Below are positions 48,648 to 59,218 of a stretch of 64,000 bases of DNA, piece after piece. Under the pieces are notes generated by a model. The model was not told where the DNA came from. It ran no database searches and was given only the letters and a program-made list of their open reading frames with translations. The translations under genes and the position numbers were made by a program. The number at the start of each line of letters is the position of its first letter. Within the stretch, counting starts at the first letter, position 1. Location: the NCBI GenBank assembly GCA_021795435.1, contig JAJYPJ010000002.1, positions 33,595-97,594 of the forward strand, written 5' to 3'. The DNA comes from Pseudomonadota bacterium (lineage in GTDB: Bacteria > Pseudomonadota > Gammaproteobacteria > Xanthomonadales > Rhodanobacteraceae).

Positions 48648-48790
48648 GCGCCTGCGGGCACACGGTGTCATCCGGTGACCCGCAGTGTCAAGAAAGATGC
48701 GGCTTCATGCCGATTCCGATGCAGTCTGTGTTCATCCTGATGCCTTGGCACGAGTCGTGCTTCATCTCCCGTGTACCCGGAGGATGAGCC

Positions 48791-48979
48791 ATGACCGCCA
48801 TTGGCCTTGATTTCAACCTGATCCGCCAGCGCCACGACCTGATGGTCGAAGTCGGCACGCTTGAGTTGGCGCTCGATGCATTGAAGCAGCGCCGCGAGGA
48901 AGACCGCGCCAAATTGCTGCCGCAAATCCATGCGCGCATGCAGAAGCTCAATGAAACGCTGGAGCATCTACCGGCATAA
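48791..48979 (+). CDS. small hypothetical coiled-coil protein (62 aa)
   Basis: RBS GGAGGA before ATG; amphipathic helical sequence; GC3-rich codons. Confidence 0.65.
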   Translation: MTAIGLDFNLIRQRHDLMVEVGTLELALDALKQRREEDRAKLLPQIHARMQKLNETLEHLPA

Positions 48980-49074
48980 CGCTGCTCCGGCCATGCGGCG
49001 CCGGGCGCGATGGCGCGGCGCCGCCAGCCGGCGTGACGGCAAAGCCGCTGGCTGGCAGTCTGCCCGCCACTCGC

Positions 49075-51747
49075 TCAGCCTTCGAGACAGCGTCGGACGA
49101 TGTCCGAGAGATTGACGGACAAGTGGGGAGTCGCCACCAATCCTTGCAGGCATTGCTGAACGAGTGCGCGGCGGCCTTCCTCGAGCCGTGACCATCCATT
49201 GAACGCCGTCGCAAGACGCGCCGCCGTCTGGGGATTGAGCTGATCCAGCAATCGCAACTGCTCAGCCAGCAAGACATAGCCTGCGCCGTCGGCACGATGA
49301 AAGCCGGTCCGATTCTGGCGTGCAAATGTGCCCAGAAGCGCCTGGACGCGGTTCGGGTTGCGCAACGTGAATGCGGGATCGCCCAACAACGCCTGCACCG
49401 TTTCCAGCGCCCCATGCCCCGGCACCTCGGCCTGGATCGCAAACCAACTGTCCAGAACCAGCGGTTGATGTGCATACCGCGCTCGGAATGCGCGCAGCAC
49501 GATCGAACGCTGCGCACTCGTACCGTATCGAACCAGCACGCGCAGCGCCGCAAGGCGATCACTCATCGTACGCGCACCCTCGAACTGCGCTTGGGCCGCC
49601 GCCAGCGCCGACGCAGGATCGGTGCGAACCCAGAGATCCAGCACCCGGCGCCGCAACCGACGCCTGCCCTGCGCCAGGGCTTCCACGGAAGCTTCCTCCG
49701 TGGACGCTAGCTGGGCATACCGCCCGGCGAGAGCGTCCGCACCCAAGGCAGCCGCCAGTGCGTTTTCGACTCCCTCGCGCGCAGCATGCACCCCGTCCGG
49801 GTCATGGGGATCGACCAACCCCTCGAGTTCGGCGATCGCCGGGGGGGTCATGAGATCGGCCAGCAATGCGACATCGGCGAAATCGGTCGAACCGAACAAG
49901 GTCTCCAGCGTTGCCGTCCATGCCGCCAGGGCAGCGTTATGGGACAGGCCCGCGAGGATCGCCCGCCAGGCCTCGCGCGCGAGGTGTTGCCCAGCCTCCC
50001 ACCGGTTGAAGCCGTCGGGGTCATGCCTTAACTGCAAGGCAATGTCATCGGGTGGCAAGGCACATTCGAGAATCACCGGTGCCGAGTAACCACGAAGAAG
50101 CGAAGGCACGACAGGAACCGGAACGTCCTCGAACACCCATTCCGCGGCTGCATCGCGCAATTCAATGACCCGCTCTTCGCCCTGAGGACCTGCCTCGCCT
50201 GTCAATCGCAGAGGCAGCATGCGGCCATCGCGCGTGAACAGCGCCAGCTTGATCGGGATCGGCAACGGCAACTTGTGCGGCTGTCCCGGCGTCAGCGGTG
50301 TGTGCTGGGCGAGTCGCAACACGTAGCGGCGGCGCTCGGCGTCGTGATGGCAGCGCACGGACAGTCGCGGCGTTCCAGCCTGCGCATACCACGCAAGGTA
50401 TGGATGCAAGTCGGTGCCTGCAGCCTCCCCGAGCGCCGCCAGGAAGTCCTCTATGGTCGCAGCGCCGCCATCGTGCCGCGCAAAGTAAAGGTCCGTCCCA
50501 CGCCGAAACGCTTCGGGTCCCAGCCGAGCCGCCAGCATTCGCACAAGCTCCGCGCCTTTTTCGTAGACGGTGGCAGTGTAGAAATTGTCAATGGCTGCAT
50601 ATTCCACAGGTCGCACGGGATGGGCGAGCGGCCCGGCATCCTCGGGGAACTGGGTTCGACGCAGCATGGACACGTCCTCGATGCGCTTCAGTGCCTGCGA
50701 ATGCATGTCAGCACTGAAGCACTGTTCGCGGAACACCGTGAATCCCTCCTTCAGCGACAGCTGAAACCAGTCCCGACACGTCACGCGATTGCCCGACCAG
50801 TTGTGGAAATACTCGTGGGCCACGACGGCCTCCACCGCTCGGAAGCCCTCGTCCGTCGTCGTGTCCGGATCCGCAAGGAGATATTTCGCGTTAAAGATGT
50901 TGAGTCCCTTGTTCTCCATCGCTCCCATGTTGAAGTCCTGGGTCGCGACGACATGGAACACCTCAAGATCATAGTTGCGGCCATACGTGCGCTCATCCCA
51001 GCGCATCGCACGCTCCAGAGCATCGAGGGCGAACCTGCACTGGTCGATCGATTGCGCCTCCGCCCATAAATTCAGCTGGACATTGCGCCCTTCCGCCGTC
51101 GTGACTTGCCGGCCGAGACGCTCAAGGCGGCCTGCAACAAGGGCGAACAAGTAACTCGGTTTCGGATGAGGGTCCACAAACCGCGCGAAATGGCGTCCAT
51201 CGGGCAGTGGCCCTGCACCGGCCGGATTGCCTCCTGCCAGGAGGACGGGAAAGCGTTTCGCGTCGGCCCGCAGTTCCACTGTGTACCGTGTCTGCACATC
51301 GGGTCGGTCGGGAAAGAACGTGATGCGCCGAAAACCCTCGGCCTCGCACTGGGTAAGCAGGAATCCTTCCTCGGCAGTCCCCGACAGGTACAGGCCCTGC
51401 AGTGCGGTGTTGGCGGACGGTTCGATACGAACCCGAGTCTCCACGATGCACTGGTTGGGCAACGCCGACAGCACCAATCCCCGCGAGTCATGTTCGTAAT
51501 CGCCCACCGAAAGCGGTCGACCGTCAACCGCGATCTCGATCAACCTCAACGCCTCTCCATCCAGCCGCAATGGCTCGGCAACGGGAGTCGCAGCCGCCAG
51601 GCGGAGTCGCGCCCGCACCTCGGTCAGCGAAATGTCGAGGTCGAACTCCAGTTCCACCTCGACGATGCGCCAAGCCGGTGCTCGGTAATCGGAAAGTCGG
51701 GTCTTGGGCTGGGGTACATCGTCACTGGCCGTTTCAGGGTGCTTCAT
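49075..51747 (-). CDS. pepN: aminopeptidase N (M1)
   Basis: TQCEAEGFRRIT, GAMENKGLN, HEYFH..N..E zinc motif, NFYTATVYEKG, NPNRVQAL. Confidence 0.97.
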   Translation of the reverse strand: MKHPETASDDVPQPKTRLSDYRAPAWRIVEVELEFDLDISLTEVRARLRLAAATPVAEPLRLDGEALRLIEIAVDGRPLSVGDYEHDSRGLVLSALPNQCIVETRVRIEPSANTALQGLYLSGTAEEGFLLTQCEAEGFRRITFFPDRPDVQTRYTVELRADAKRFPVLLAGGNPAGAGPLPDGRHFARFVDPHPKPSYLFALVAGRLERLGRQVTTAEGRNVQLNLWAEAQSIDQCRFALDALERAMRWDERTYGRNYDLEVFHVVATQDFNMGAMENKGLNIFNAKYLLADPDTTTDEGFRAVEAVVAHEYFHNWSGNRVTCRDWFQLSLKEGFTVFREQCFSADMHSQALKRIEDVSMLRRTQFPEDAGPLAHPVRPVEYAAIDNFYTATVYEKGAELVRMLAARLGPEAFRRGTDLYFARHDGGAATIEDFLAALGEAAGTDLHPYLAWYAQAGTPRLSVRCHHDAERRRYVLRLAQHTPLTPGQPHKLPLPIPIKLALFTRDGRMLPLRLTGEAGPQGEERVIELRDAAAEWVFEDVPVPVVPSLLRGYSAPVILECALPPDDIALQLRHDPDGFNRWEAGQHLAREAWRAILAGLSHNAALAAWTATLETLFGSTDFADVALLADLMTPPAIAELEGLVDPHDPDGVHAAREGVENALAAALGADALAGRYAQLASTEEASVEALAQGRRRLRRRVLDLWVRTDPASALAAAQAQFEGARTMSDRLAALRVLVRYGTSAQRSIVLRAFRARYAHQPLVLDSWFAIQAEVPGHGALETVQALLGDPAFTLRNPNRVQALLGTFARQNRTGFHRADGAGYVLLAEQLRLLDQLNPQTAARLATAFNGWSRLEEGRRALVQQCLQGLVATPHLSVNLSDIVRRCLEG

Positions 51748-51899
51748 GGGTCAGTCCACGGGCAAAAGATGGACAAGATTAGCGTCTGCGCAAGGCCTTG
51801 CAGTGACGTTGTCGTTAAATCCGGACGGGTGGCCACGCGTGGCAACCGTGCCGAAGCCGCTTGCGGCATGATCGCCAAACACCACCGTGGATTCCCACC

Positions 51900-52865
51900 A
51901 TGCAGAGACCTGGATTCAACGACATTCTTGATGCCGCAGCACGAATCGCCCCGCATGCCCGCGTTACACCCGTTCTTCGGGAAACCGAATTGGATTCATT
52001 GTGCGGCGCTGAATTGCACTTCAAGTGCGAACAGCTTCAACGCGGGGGTGCGTTCAAGTTTCGTGGTGCCTGCAATGCGGTATGGGCCCTGGATCCGACA
52101 GAGGCAGCGCACGGGGTTCTCACGCATTCTTCCGGCAACCACGGCGCGGCTCTGGCATTGGCCGCGCTCAGTCGTGGCATTCCTGCTCATGTGGTGGTCC
52201 CGGATGGCGCGTTGCGCAGCAAGATCGACCTGATCCAGAGGGCGGGGGCCACTTTGCACCGCTGTGCACCGACGTTGGCCGCCCGCGAGCAAGGCTGCGC
52301 GCGGCTTCAGTCGGAGCTTGGCCTCACCCTCGTTCATCCCTATGAGGATCCATCGGTCATCGCTGGCCAGGGAACCGCCGCATTGGAATTGCTCCACTTC
52401 GTGGGCGGTCTCGATGCCTTGGTCGTTCCCGTGGGCGGGGGCGGACTGGCGGCGGGCACCGCGCTCACGCTCGCGGCGATTGCGCCCCAGTGTCAGTTGG
52501 TCCTTGCGGAGCCGGCCGGCGCCGATGACGCAGCGCGATCACTGGCGTCCGGCCATCGCGTTACGGAACTCCGTCCCCAGACGATATGCGATGGACTTCG
52601 CGCCGGAATAGGCGTCCCCAATTTCGATATCCTTCGCAACGGGCGAACCGACGTAATCACGGTTGACGACGATGATGTGCGCCAAGCCATGCGGCTCCTC
52701 TGGCGACATCTCAAACAGGTCGTTGAACCATCCAGTGCGACGGTTCTGGCTGCGGTACTGTCCCTGCCCCAGCGCTTTGCCGGGAAACGCGTCGGATTGA
52801 TACTTTCGGGCGGCAACGTGGATCTGGACTCGATCGCCTTCTGTGCTCGTTGCGGCGATCGCTAG
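51900..52865 (+). CDS. PLP-dependent serine/threonine dehydratase or racemase family enzyme
   Basis: FKCEQLQRGGAFKFRGA, SSGNHG, GQGT, PVGGGGL, EPSSA, LSGGNVD; no ACT domain. Confidence 0.9.
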   Translation: MQRPGFNDILDAAARIAPHARVTPVLRETELDSLCGAELHFKCEQLQRGGAFKFRGACNAVWALDPTEAAHGVLTHSSGNHGAALALAALSRGIPAHVVVPDGALRSKIDLIQRAGATLHRCAPTLAAREQGCARLQSELGLTLVHPYEDPSVIAGQGTAALELLHFVGGLDALVVPVGGGGLAAGTALTLAAIAPQCQLVLAEPAGADDAARSLASGHRVTELRPQTICDGLRAGIGVPNFDILRNGRTDVITVDDDDVRQAMRLLWRHLKQVVEPSSATVLAAVLSLPQRFAGKRVGLILSGGNVDLDSIAFCARCGDR

Positions 52866-52926
52866 GCCGAGGCGTGCCCGCCAGCGTAGCCATTCCGGCC
52901 AACCTAGGTTACCTGTACGGACCGCG

Positions 52927-53742
52927 ATGCACTGGTTCATTCCCTACGATTTCTCGAGCTTCCTATTCGTGACGTGGCTGGTCGCTGCGCTGCTCTTTGC
53001 GCGAGGGTCACGCCAGCGACCCGTGTCCGTTGCACGCCGCACGAGTTTCTGGGGGGGGATGGGGCTGTTGTACATCGCCTCGTTCACGCATTTTGATTTC
53101 TACGCACTCCATCAGTTCAGCGTCGACCGCATCCAACAAGTAGTTCTGCATCACGTCGTCCCGCTGCTCATCGTTCTCGGCCGCCCTCTGCCAGTATGGC
53201 GCTCGGCGCTAGCCGTCAGGCACCGAGCTCGAATCATTCGGCCGTTGCGCCGTAGCCGGGTCTGGCGCGTGACATTGGCCATCGTATTTTCCCCGTTACT
53301 GGCAACCCTGCTGTTCATTGCTGTGGTGATCTTCTGGCTCATCCCACAGATGATGACCCTTGCAATGCTGGATGTGCACCTCTATCGGATCATGAATTTC
53401 TCGATGCTGGCAAGCGGCTTGATTTACTGGAGCCTCGTCCTCGACCATCGGCCGCGCCCGCCAGCACGGATGGCCCCTGGCGCTCGCGTTCTTTCACCAT
53501 TGCTGAGCATGACACCCCAGATCCTGGTTGGTGCCTTCATCACCTTTAGCCACGTCGACCTGTACCCGATTTTCTCCATTTGCGGGCGCGCCTTCGATAC
53601 CAGCGCAATGACCGATCAGGTATACGGCGGCCTGATTACATGGATCCCGGCAGCCCTCATCGAGACCGCTGCGGCGATCCTTGCGTTGCGTGCCTGGATG
53701 GCGCTCTCGCCGAAAACCGCACACCGCGACCAGGGTCGCTGA
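52927..53742 (+). CDS. cytochrome c oxidase assembly factor, Caa3_CtaG family
   Basis: multi-TM, F..DRIQQVVLHH..P.L, FWLIP, LYP, DQVYGGLITWIP; start uncertain. Confidence 0.8.
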   Translation: MHWFIPYDFSSFLFVTWLVAALLFARGSRQRPVSVARRTSFWGGMGLLYIASFTHFDFYALHQFSVDRIQQVVLHHVVPLLIVLGRPLPVWRSALAVRHRARIIRPLRRSRVWRVTLAIVFSPLLATLLFIAVVIFWLIPQMMTLAMLDVHLYRIMNFSMLASGLIYWSLVLDHRPRPPARMAPGARVLSPLLSMTPQILVGAFITFSHVDLYPIFSICGRAFDTSAMTDQVYGGLITWIPAALIETAAAILALRAWMALSPKTAHRDQGR

Positions 53743-53944
53743 GCGGGCCCGATCCACGGATCAGAACGCGCCCAGCCTCGTCGGCAAGGGTATCCGGCTT
53801 GGTGATGGCATCACGGGCGGTGTCCGGCGATGGCGATTGACCCGGATCAAACCACCGGCCAGCTGACGCGGCCAGAATCGGGCGGCCGCGTCGATCGCCA
53901 CGTTGATCGCGGCATGCCCCTTGCCTGAATGACGCCGCATCGCG

Positions 53945-55882
53945 ATGACTGATCCCTACCTATACCCAGCGTTCCTCGGGCCTTACGGTGAAAACGACGC
54001 ACTCCTGGAAAAGCTCCTCGTCGAATTCATGCGCGACCACGTTTACTGGCGGCGAAATGTGCATCCGGATGATCCTCCGCCGATTCCCACGCGCGCAGCA
54101 CAGCAACCCGAGTTCCTCGCGTTCGAGGCGCGCATGCGCCGCGAACTGCATGCGCTGTCAGCCGCGCTCAAGCGTTCCGTGCCGTTCCACAGTCCCCGCT
54201 ACCTCGGCCACATGGTCTCGGATCTGCTCCTGCCTGGCTTGGCAGCGCAGATGCTGGCGTTGCCTTACAACCCAAACAACGTCAGCGCGGAGGCAGCACC
54301 TGTCACCATCGATCTCGAGATTCAGGTCGGTTTGCAATTGGCTCGCATGCTTGGGTTTGCGAGTGATCCCGCTGACGTTGCGTGCGCCTTCGGCCACTTG
54401 ACCTCGGGCGGCACGATCGCGAATCTGCAAGCCCTACGCCTCGCTCGGGCGCTCAAGTCCTTTCCCGTGGCGCTGCGTCAAATTGCGCCGCCGGGTCTTG
54501 ATCTGCCCGAAGACGATCGGTCTGCTTTCCGCCTTACTCCCCGGCAGTCGATCGCTCTGCTGGATGAATGGCTGCGCTGGCTGGGCACGCGGGATGCGAC
54601 CGAGCGCAGCATGTGGCAACGGCGCCTGGTTGGTGAACGCATCGAGCAGCTTGGCGAGGCACGCTTCTTCGCCCGGCATCCCACGCTGGAACCCGCCCCG
54701 GTTCTCGCACCAGTGACCGCCCACTATTCCTGGGCCAAGGGTTTGAAGTTGCTCGGCATGGGCCGCGACCAGCTTCGGCTGCTCCCGACGCGGGGAATGC
54801 GCCTGGATATGCGTGCGTGCGAGCGCGAGCTCGCTGATCTGGAACGCCAAGGCAAGAGCCCGCTCCTGGCGGTTGCGGTGCTGGGAAGTACCGAATTCGG
54901 CACGATCGACCCTCTGGATGAGCTTCTGGCGCTTCGCGATGCAGCAACTGGACGCGGCTGTGGCTTTGCCGTGCATGTCGATGCTGCGTGGGGGGGATAT
55001 CTCGCAACGGTGCTGCGCGAGGAGGATGGGACCATCAGACCGCGTGGCGATGTCTCCAAGGAATACGCCCGGTTCCCTGGTGAGAGGACCTACGCCGCAC
55101 TCTCTGCACTCGCCGGGGTCGATTCGGTCACCGTCGACCCGCACAAGCTTGGGTATCTGGCGTACGGCGTCGGAGCGTTTGTCTGCCACGATCAGCGTGC
55201 CATGGCGTTGCTCGCAGAATCAGCCGACTACGTGTTCGACCACCAAGTGGACGACGACTATTTCTCCCGCTTTCGCCAGCTTGGACGCTATATTCCCGAA
55301 GGCTCAAAGCCGGGCGCGGCCGCGGCAGCGGCCTATGTGACGCATCAAGTGATGCCGTTGGACCATCGGCACTTCGGGCGGCTGGTGCGTCAGACCATTC
55401 TTGCAACGGAGGCCTTCGTCGACCGCGCGCAGCGCTTTATCGGCGAAGTCGCAGGACAGGCGCGCGTCTGCATCCCCTACCCACCCGAGAGCAATCTTGT
55501 CTGCCTCGCGATCAACCCGGTTGGCAACAGGGACTTGCGGCAGGCCAATCGCTGGCTGCGGACATTCCTCGAACCACTGCGCATGACCCGTGGCAGCACG
55601 GTGCAAGCGCATGCGTTCTTCACGTCGAGCACGACGTTGCGCAGCGACCTGCTGGGTCGGGATGCCCTCCTGGGCATCCTCGATACGCTGGGGATCGATG
55701 CCTGCAGCATCCGTGACGACGATGCGGATGCGGATCGTCTGCTGATCCTGCGCCACACGCTGATGAATCCCTTCCTGCTCGATGACGAAAATGGGATCAG
55801 CTATATCGATCGCTACTTTGAATACCTCCGCGAACGACTGCAAACCCTGATCCTTGGCGAACGCGCTTCATCGCCGGATTGA
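53945..55882 (+). CDS. group II PLP-dependent amino acid decarboxylase (tyrosine decarboxylase-like)
   Basis: SPRYLGHM, YNPNN, GHLTSGGTIAN, HYSW, GSTEFGTIDP, HVDAAWGGY, DPHK (PLP Lys), EGSKPG. Confidence 0.88.
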   Translation: MTDPYLYPAFLGPYGENDALLEKLLVEFMRDHVYWRRNVHPDDPPPIPTRAAQQPEFLAFEARMRRELHALSAALKRSVPFHSPRYLGHMVSDLLLPGLAAQMLALPYNPNNVSAEAAPVTIDLEIQVGLQLARMLGFASDPADVACAFGHLTSGGTIANLQALRLARALKSFPVALRQIAPPGLDLPEDDRSAFRLTPRQSIALLDEWLRWLGTRDATERSMWQRRLVGERIEQLGEARFFARHPTLEPAPVLAPVTAHYSWAKGLKLLGMGRDQLRLLPTRGMRLDMRACERELADLERQGKSPLLAVAVLGSTEFGTIDPLDELLALRDAATGRGCGFAVHVDAAWGGYLATVLREEDGTIRPRGDVSKEYARFPGERTYAALSALAGVDSVTVDPHKLGYLAYGVGAFVCHDQRAMALLAESADYVFDHQVDDDYFSRFRQLGRYIPEGSKPGAAAAAAYVTHQVMPLDHRHFGRLVRQTILATEAFVDRAQRFIGEVAGQARVCIPYPPESNLVCLAINPVGNRDLRQANRWLRTFLEPLRMTRGSTVQAHAFFTSSTTLRSDLLGRDALLGILDTLGIDACSIRDDDADADRLLILRHTLMNPFLLDDENGISYIDRYFEYLRERLQTLILGERASSPD

Positions 55883-55963
55883 ATGCATCGGTCTGTCCAC
55901 GGGGACTCGAATTTGGAGCCATAACGCGCGACGATGGCATCCCCGGGATTCGAGGTTGCCGAG

Positions 55964-56164
55964 ATGTTCACGTTCATGGCCTGGCTCATCCTCCTCGTGC
56001 TTTGCTGGCCGATCGCACTCGTGGCGCTCGTCCTGTACCCGATCGTGTGGCTGCTTCTTTTGCCCTTCCGCATGGTTGGCATCGCGGTTGGCGGTGCTCT
56101 TGCCCTTCTGTCAGCCCTGTTCCTGCTGCCCGTACGCGTGCTGCGTGGACCCGCATGGCGCTGA
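55964..56164 (+). CDS. small membrane protein
   Basis: highly hydrophobic LVLCWPIALVALVLYP..LLLPFR..LLP.RVL pattern. Confidence 0.7.
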   Translation: MFTFMAWLILLVLCWPIALVALVLYPIVWLLLLPFRMVGIAVGGALALLSALFLLPVRVLRGPAWR

Positions 56165-56220
56165 AGGGAACTCGCGATGGCAACATCGCTCCAACCTGAA
56201 TCAGCTGTGCGGAGACCATC

Positions 56221-57018
56221 ATGACCGAGGATAGGAGCTGGTTCTGGATCGTCGTCGTCCTCATTGCCGCGCTGGCACTGGGTGGCTGGATTTATTACGC
56301 ACGGCAGCGCGTCGCCGCCACGGCCCGAACGCATGCGGTCCAAACCGCCGCCCCCACGGCAGCATCCGGAACGGTGCATGCCGAGAGGGCCCCCTCGCCG
56401 GCGACATCCGCCGTCGCACCGCTCCCCGCGCTCAGTGACGACGGCGCGATCATGCATTCGCTCACCGCACTGCCTGGCGCCTCGGCCCTAGGGAAGCTGC
56501 TCCGGCCGCCCCTTTTGATTCAACACATCGTCGCCACAGTCATCGCCTTGCCAGGCCGCTCGCTCGGCGAGGGCATTCTCCCGGTTCATCGACCATCCGG
56601 TGCGTTCCAGGTTTCCACCGCAGATGGCCATGCCGACATTGCCTACGGGAACGCCACGCGGTACGAGCCATACGTGCAACTGATCGACTCGGTACCCGTC
56701 GGCGCACTCGTCGCGTGGTACCGGAGCATGTATCCGCTCTTCCAACAAGCCTACCAGGGCCTCGGATATCCTCACGGAGCCTTCAACGACCGATTGATCG
56801 CGACGATTGACAACCTGCTGGCCGCGCCGGATCGCGCAACGCCGCCCCGTCTGGTTCGGGGACCACACGGCACGTGGAATTTTGCGAATCCTGCTCTGCA
56901 AGGGCTATCCATTGGTCAACGGATGCTGCTGCGTACGGGTGCTGCGGACGAAGCGACCATCAAGGGCAAATTGCGCGCGATGCGCGCCGAGCTGGTCGCC
57001 GGCGAACCCCGGCATTGA
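56221..57018 (+). CDS. DUF3014-like membrane-anchored protein
   Basis: N-terminal TM, LPALSD, RYEPYV, YPLFQQAY..LGYP...FNDRL, LSIGQRMLLR.G. Confidence 0.8.
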   Translation: MTEDRSWFWIVVVLIAALALGGWIYYARQRVAATARTHAVQTAAPTAASGTVHAERAPSPATSAVAPLPALSDDGAIMHSLTALPGASALGKLLRPPLLIQHIVATVIALPGRSLGEGILPVHRPSGAFQVSTADGHADIAYGNATRYEPYVQLIDSVPVGALVAWYRSMYPLFQQAYQGLGYPHGAFNDRLIATIDNLLAAPDRATPPRLVRGPHGTWNFANPALQGLSIGQRMLLRTGAADEATIKGKLRAMRAELVAGEPRH

Positions 57019-57026
57019 CGAGGCGG

Positions 57027-58271
57027 TTAGCGGTGTGCGGCGGCCCCGAAGAACCAGTAGCAGACAGCGATGGAAGCAACAATGCCAGCGAGGTCGGCCA
57101 ATAAGGCGCAACCAACGGTGTGGCGCACGCGCCGGATTCCAACCGCGCCGAAATACACGGCCACAACGTAGAAAGTGGTTTCCGTACTGCCTTGCAGGGT
57201 CGCTGCAACCAGCGCCGGGAAACTGTCGACACCGTAATGGTGCATGGTTTCGATCAGCATGGCCCTCGCCGCGCTACCCGAGAACGGCTTGACCAGCGCA
57301 GTTGGCAAGGCGGGCACGAAGGCGCTGTTCAAGCCGAGTCCCCGGACCACATACTGAATGGCGTCGAGGGCGTAGCCCAAGGCACCCGAGGCGCGAAGCA
57401 CGCCGACGGCGCACAACATGGCCGTCAGGTAGGGCAACAAGTCGCGCGCAACACCAAACCCGTCCTTGGCCCCTTCGATGAAAGCTTCGTAGACCGGTAC
57501 GCGCTTCAGGGCCCCGGCCACTAGAAACGCCACGATGACCGCCATCAGCACGAGATTGCCTGCGAGCGCCGACACGCTGGCGAGCGCGGTGGCGGATAGC
57601 GCCGATAGGAACGCGAGCAGTCCACCGAGGAGCAGTCCGCCGCCGCCGAGGTACGCCAGGGCGACGGGGTCCCAGAGGCGCAATCGCTGCATGAAGGCTA
57701 CGCTCAGCAACCCGGTGATCGTGGATGCACTGGTCGCAATCAAGATCGGCAAAAAGACGAGCGTCGGATCTGCGGCGCCCTGCTGGGCGCGATACATGAA
57801 GATGCTTACGGGTAGAAGCGTCAGCGAGGAAGCGTTCAACACAAGGAAAAGAATTTGTGCATTGCTGGCGGTGTCGCGACTGGGGTTGAGCTCCTGCAAT
57901 GCGTGCATCGCGCGCAGTCCAATGGGGGTGGCTGCGTTGTCGAGGCCCAGGACATTGGCTGCGAAGTTCAGGGTAATCAAGCCGATCGCGGGATGCCCTT
58001 CGGGCACTTCGGGCATCAATCGACGAAACAACGGCCCCAGCGCGCGCGCCAGCATGGTCACGAGACCCGCCTGTTCGGCAATCCGCAGAATGCCGAGCCA
58101 CAGCGTCAGCAAGCCGAAGAGCAGCACCATCACCGCGACGGAGAGCCTTGCCATTGAAAATAGGCTGTCGACCATCGCGCCGAAGACCGCGGCGTCGCCC
58201 GCGATTCCCCAACGCGCCAGCGCGGCCAACATCGCCGCAACAAAGAATCCCAGCCACAATCGATTGAGCAT
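57027..58271 (-). CDS. fused SpmA/SpmB nucleoside-recognition (Gate) membrane protein
   Basis: MLNRLWLGFF, ANVLGLDNAATPIGL, YEAFIEGAKDG, KPFSGS, GSTETTFYV.AVYFG. Confidence 0.88.
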   Translation of the reverse strand: MLNRLWLGFFVAAMLAALARWGIAGDAAVFGAMVDSLFSMARLSVAVMVLLFGLLTLWLGILRIAEQAGLVTMLARALGPLFRRLMPEVPEGHPAIGLITLNFAANVLGLDNAATPIGLRAMHALQELNPSRDTASNAQILFLVLNASSLTLLPVSIFMYRAQQGAADPTLVFLPILIATSASTITGLLSVAFMQRLRLWDPVALAYLGGGGLLLGGLLAFLSALSATALASVSALAGNLVLMAVIVAFLVAGALKRVPVYEAFIEGAKDGFGVARDLLPYLTAMLCAVGVLRASGALGYALDAIQYVVRGLGLNSAFVPALPTALVKPFSGSAARAMLIETMHHYGVDSFPALVAATLQGSTETTFYVVAVYFGAVGIRRVRHTVGCALLADLAGIVASIAVCYWFFGAAAHR

Positions 58272-58337
58272 GTGCGGTTTACCGGAGCGGACGCAAAGCC
58301 GCAGGGCGATGCGAGCAGTGGCTTGGGGCGCCCCGGC

Positions 58338-59192
58338 TCATCGGCGGCGCAATTCCAGCAAGGCTGCAACGATCAGGGCCATGCCGGCGAATTCCCACCG
58401 CCCGGGCCGCTCTTGCAGGATGAGCCACGCCAGGAATACCCCCAGGAGTGGCGTTGCGAGGCTCGTAAGACTGGCGATATGCGCCGGCAGCCGCTGCACC
58501 AGGAGCAGCCAAAGTGACCATCCCAATCCGGACGCGAGCAGGACGTTGTAGGCGAGTGCGCCGATTAGCGGGGGCGCCCAGCTCACGGGTGGCTGGGGTA
58601 TAAGACATGCGAGAAGCACCAGCGCAACGGTGCCGTAGAGCATTTGCCAGGCGCTGACGCCGAGCAACGAGGCATCTGGATGCCGCAGGAATAGACGCTT
58701 GGCGAGGACCGTGCCAGCACCCCAGCTGAAGCCGCCCGCCAAAGCCAGCAGCACGCTCGCCATGGATCCGATCGCCTGCCATGGGGCGACCACCAGAAAC
58801 AGACCTGCGGCAGCGAGTCCGATCGCGCGCCACTGCCTCCGGTCGGGTCGCGTGTGCAACAGCGGCCAGGCCAATGCAATGGCCCAAAATGGCATCGTGT
58901 AGGCCAGCAGTGCGGTTTTGCCTGCACCGCCATACTCCAGGGCCCACTGGACCAGGGCCTGGAAGCCGGCCGTTTGCGTCAAGCCGATGCCCAGGGTCGG
59001 CCAGAAGGGCGGCGGCGTCAGCCTGGCCCCTCGTGCCCACAACACGCAGAAGAGGACCGCTGTCCCTCCCGCATATCGCAATGCCGAGAAGGTAAAGGGC
59101 CCTGCGTAGGCCAGGGCCTGCTTCATCACGATCCAGTTGTAGCTCCAAATGAGACTCAGCGCGACCAGAATGGCCCATGCTGAACCCGACAT
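58338..59192 (-). CDS. DMT/EamA family transporter
   Basis: IWSYNWIVMK, GPFTFSALR, LLAYTMPFW, two EamA repeats; true start at ATG 59192 within the longer ORF. Confidence 0.88.
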   Translation of the reverse strand: MSGSAWAILVALSLIWSYNWIVMKQALAYAGPFTFSALRYAGGTAVLFCVLWARGARLTPPPFWPTLGIGLTQTAGFQALVQWALEYGGAGKTALLAYTMPFWAIALAWPLLHTRPDRRQWRAIGLAAAGLFLVVAPWQAIGSMASVLLALAGGFSWGAGTVLAKRLFLRHPDASLLGVSAWQMLYGTVALVLLACLIPQPPVSWAPPLIGALAYNVLLASGLGWSLWLLLVQRLPAHIASLTSLATPLLGVFLAWLILQERPGRWEFAGMALIVAALLELRRR

Positions 59193-59218
59193 CTGCGAGG
59201 AGCCTGGGCCGGCGTCGC

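Noticed and set aside
48132-48790. oriC upstream of mnmG/gidA
   Set aside because: No DnaA box cluster or AT-rich unwinding element; the region is GC-rich.
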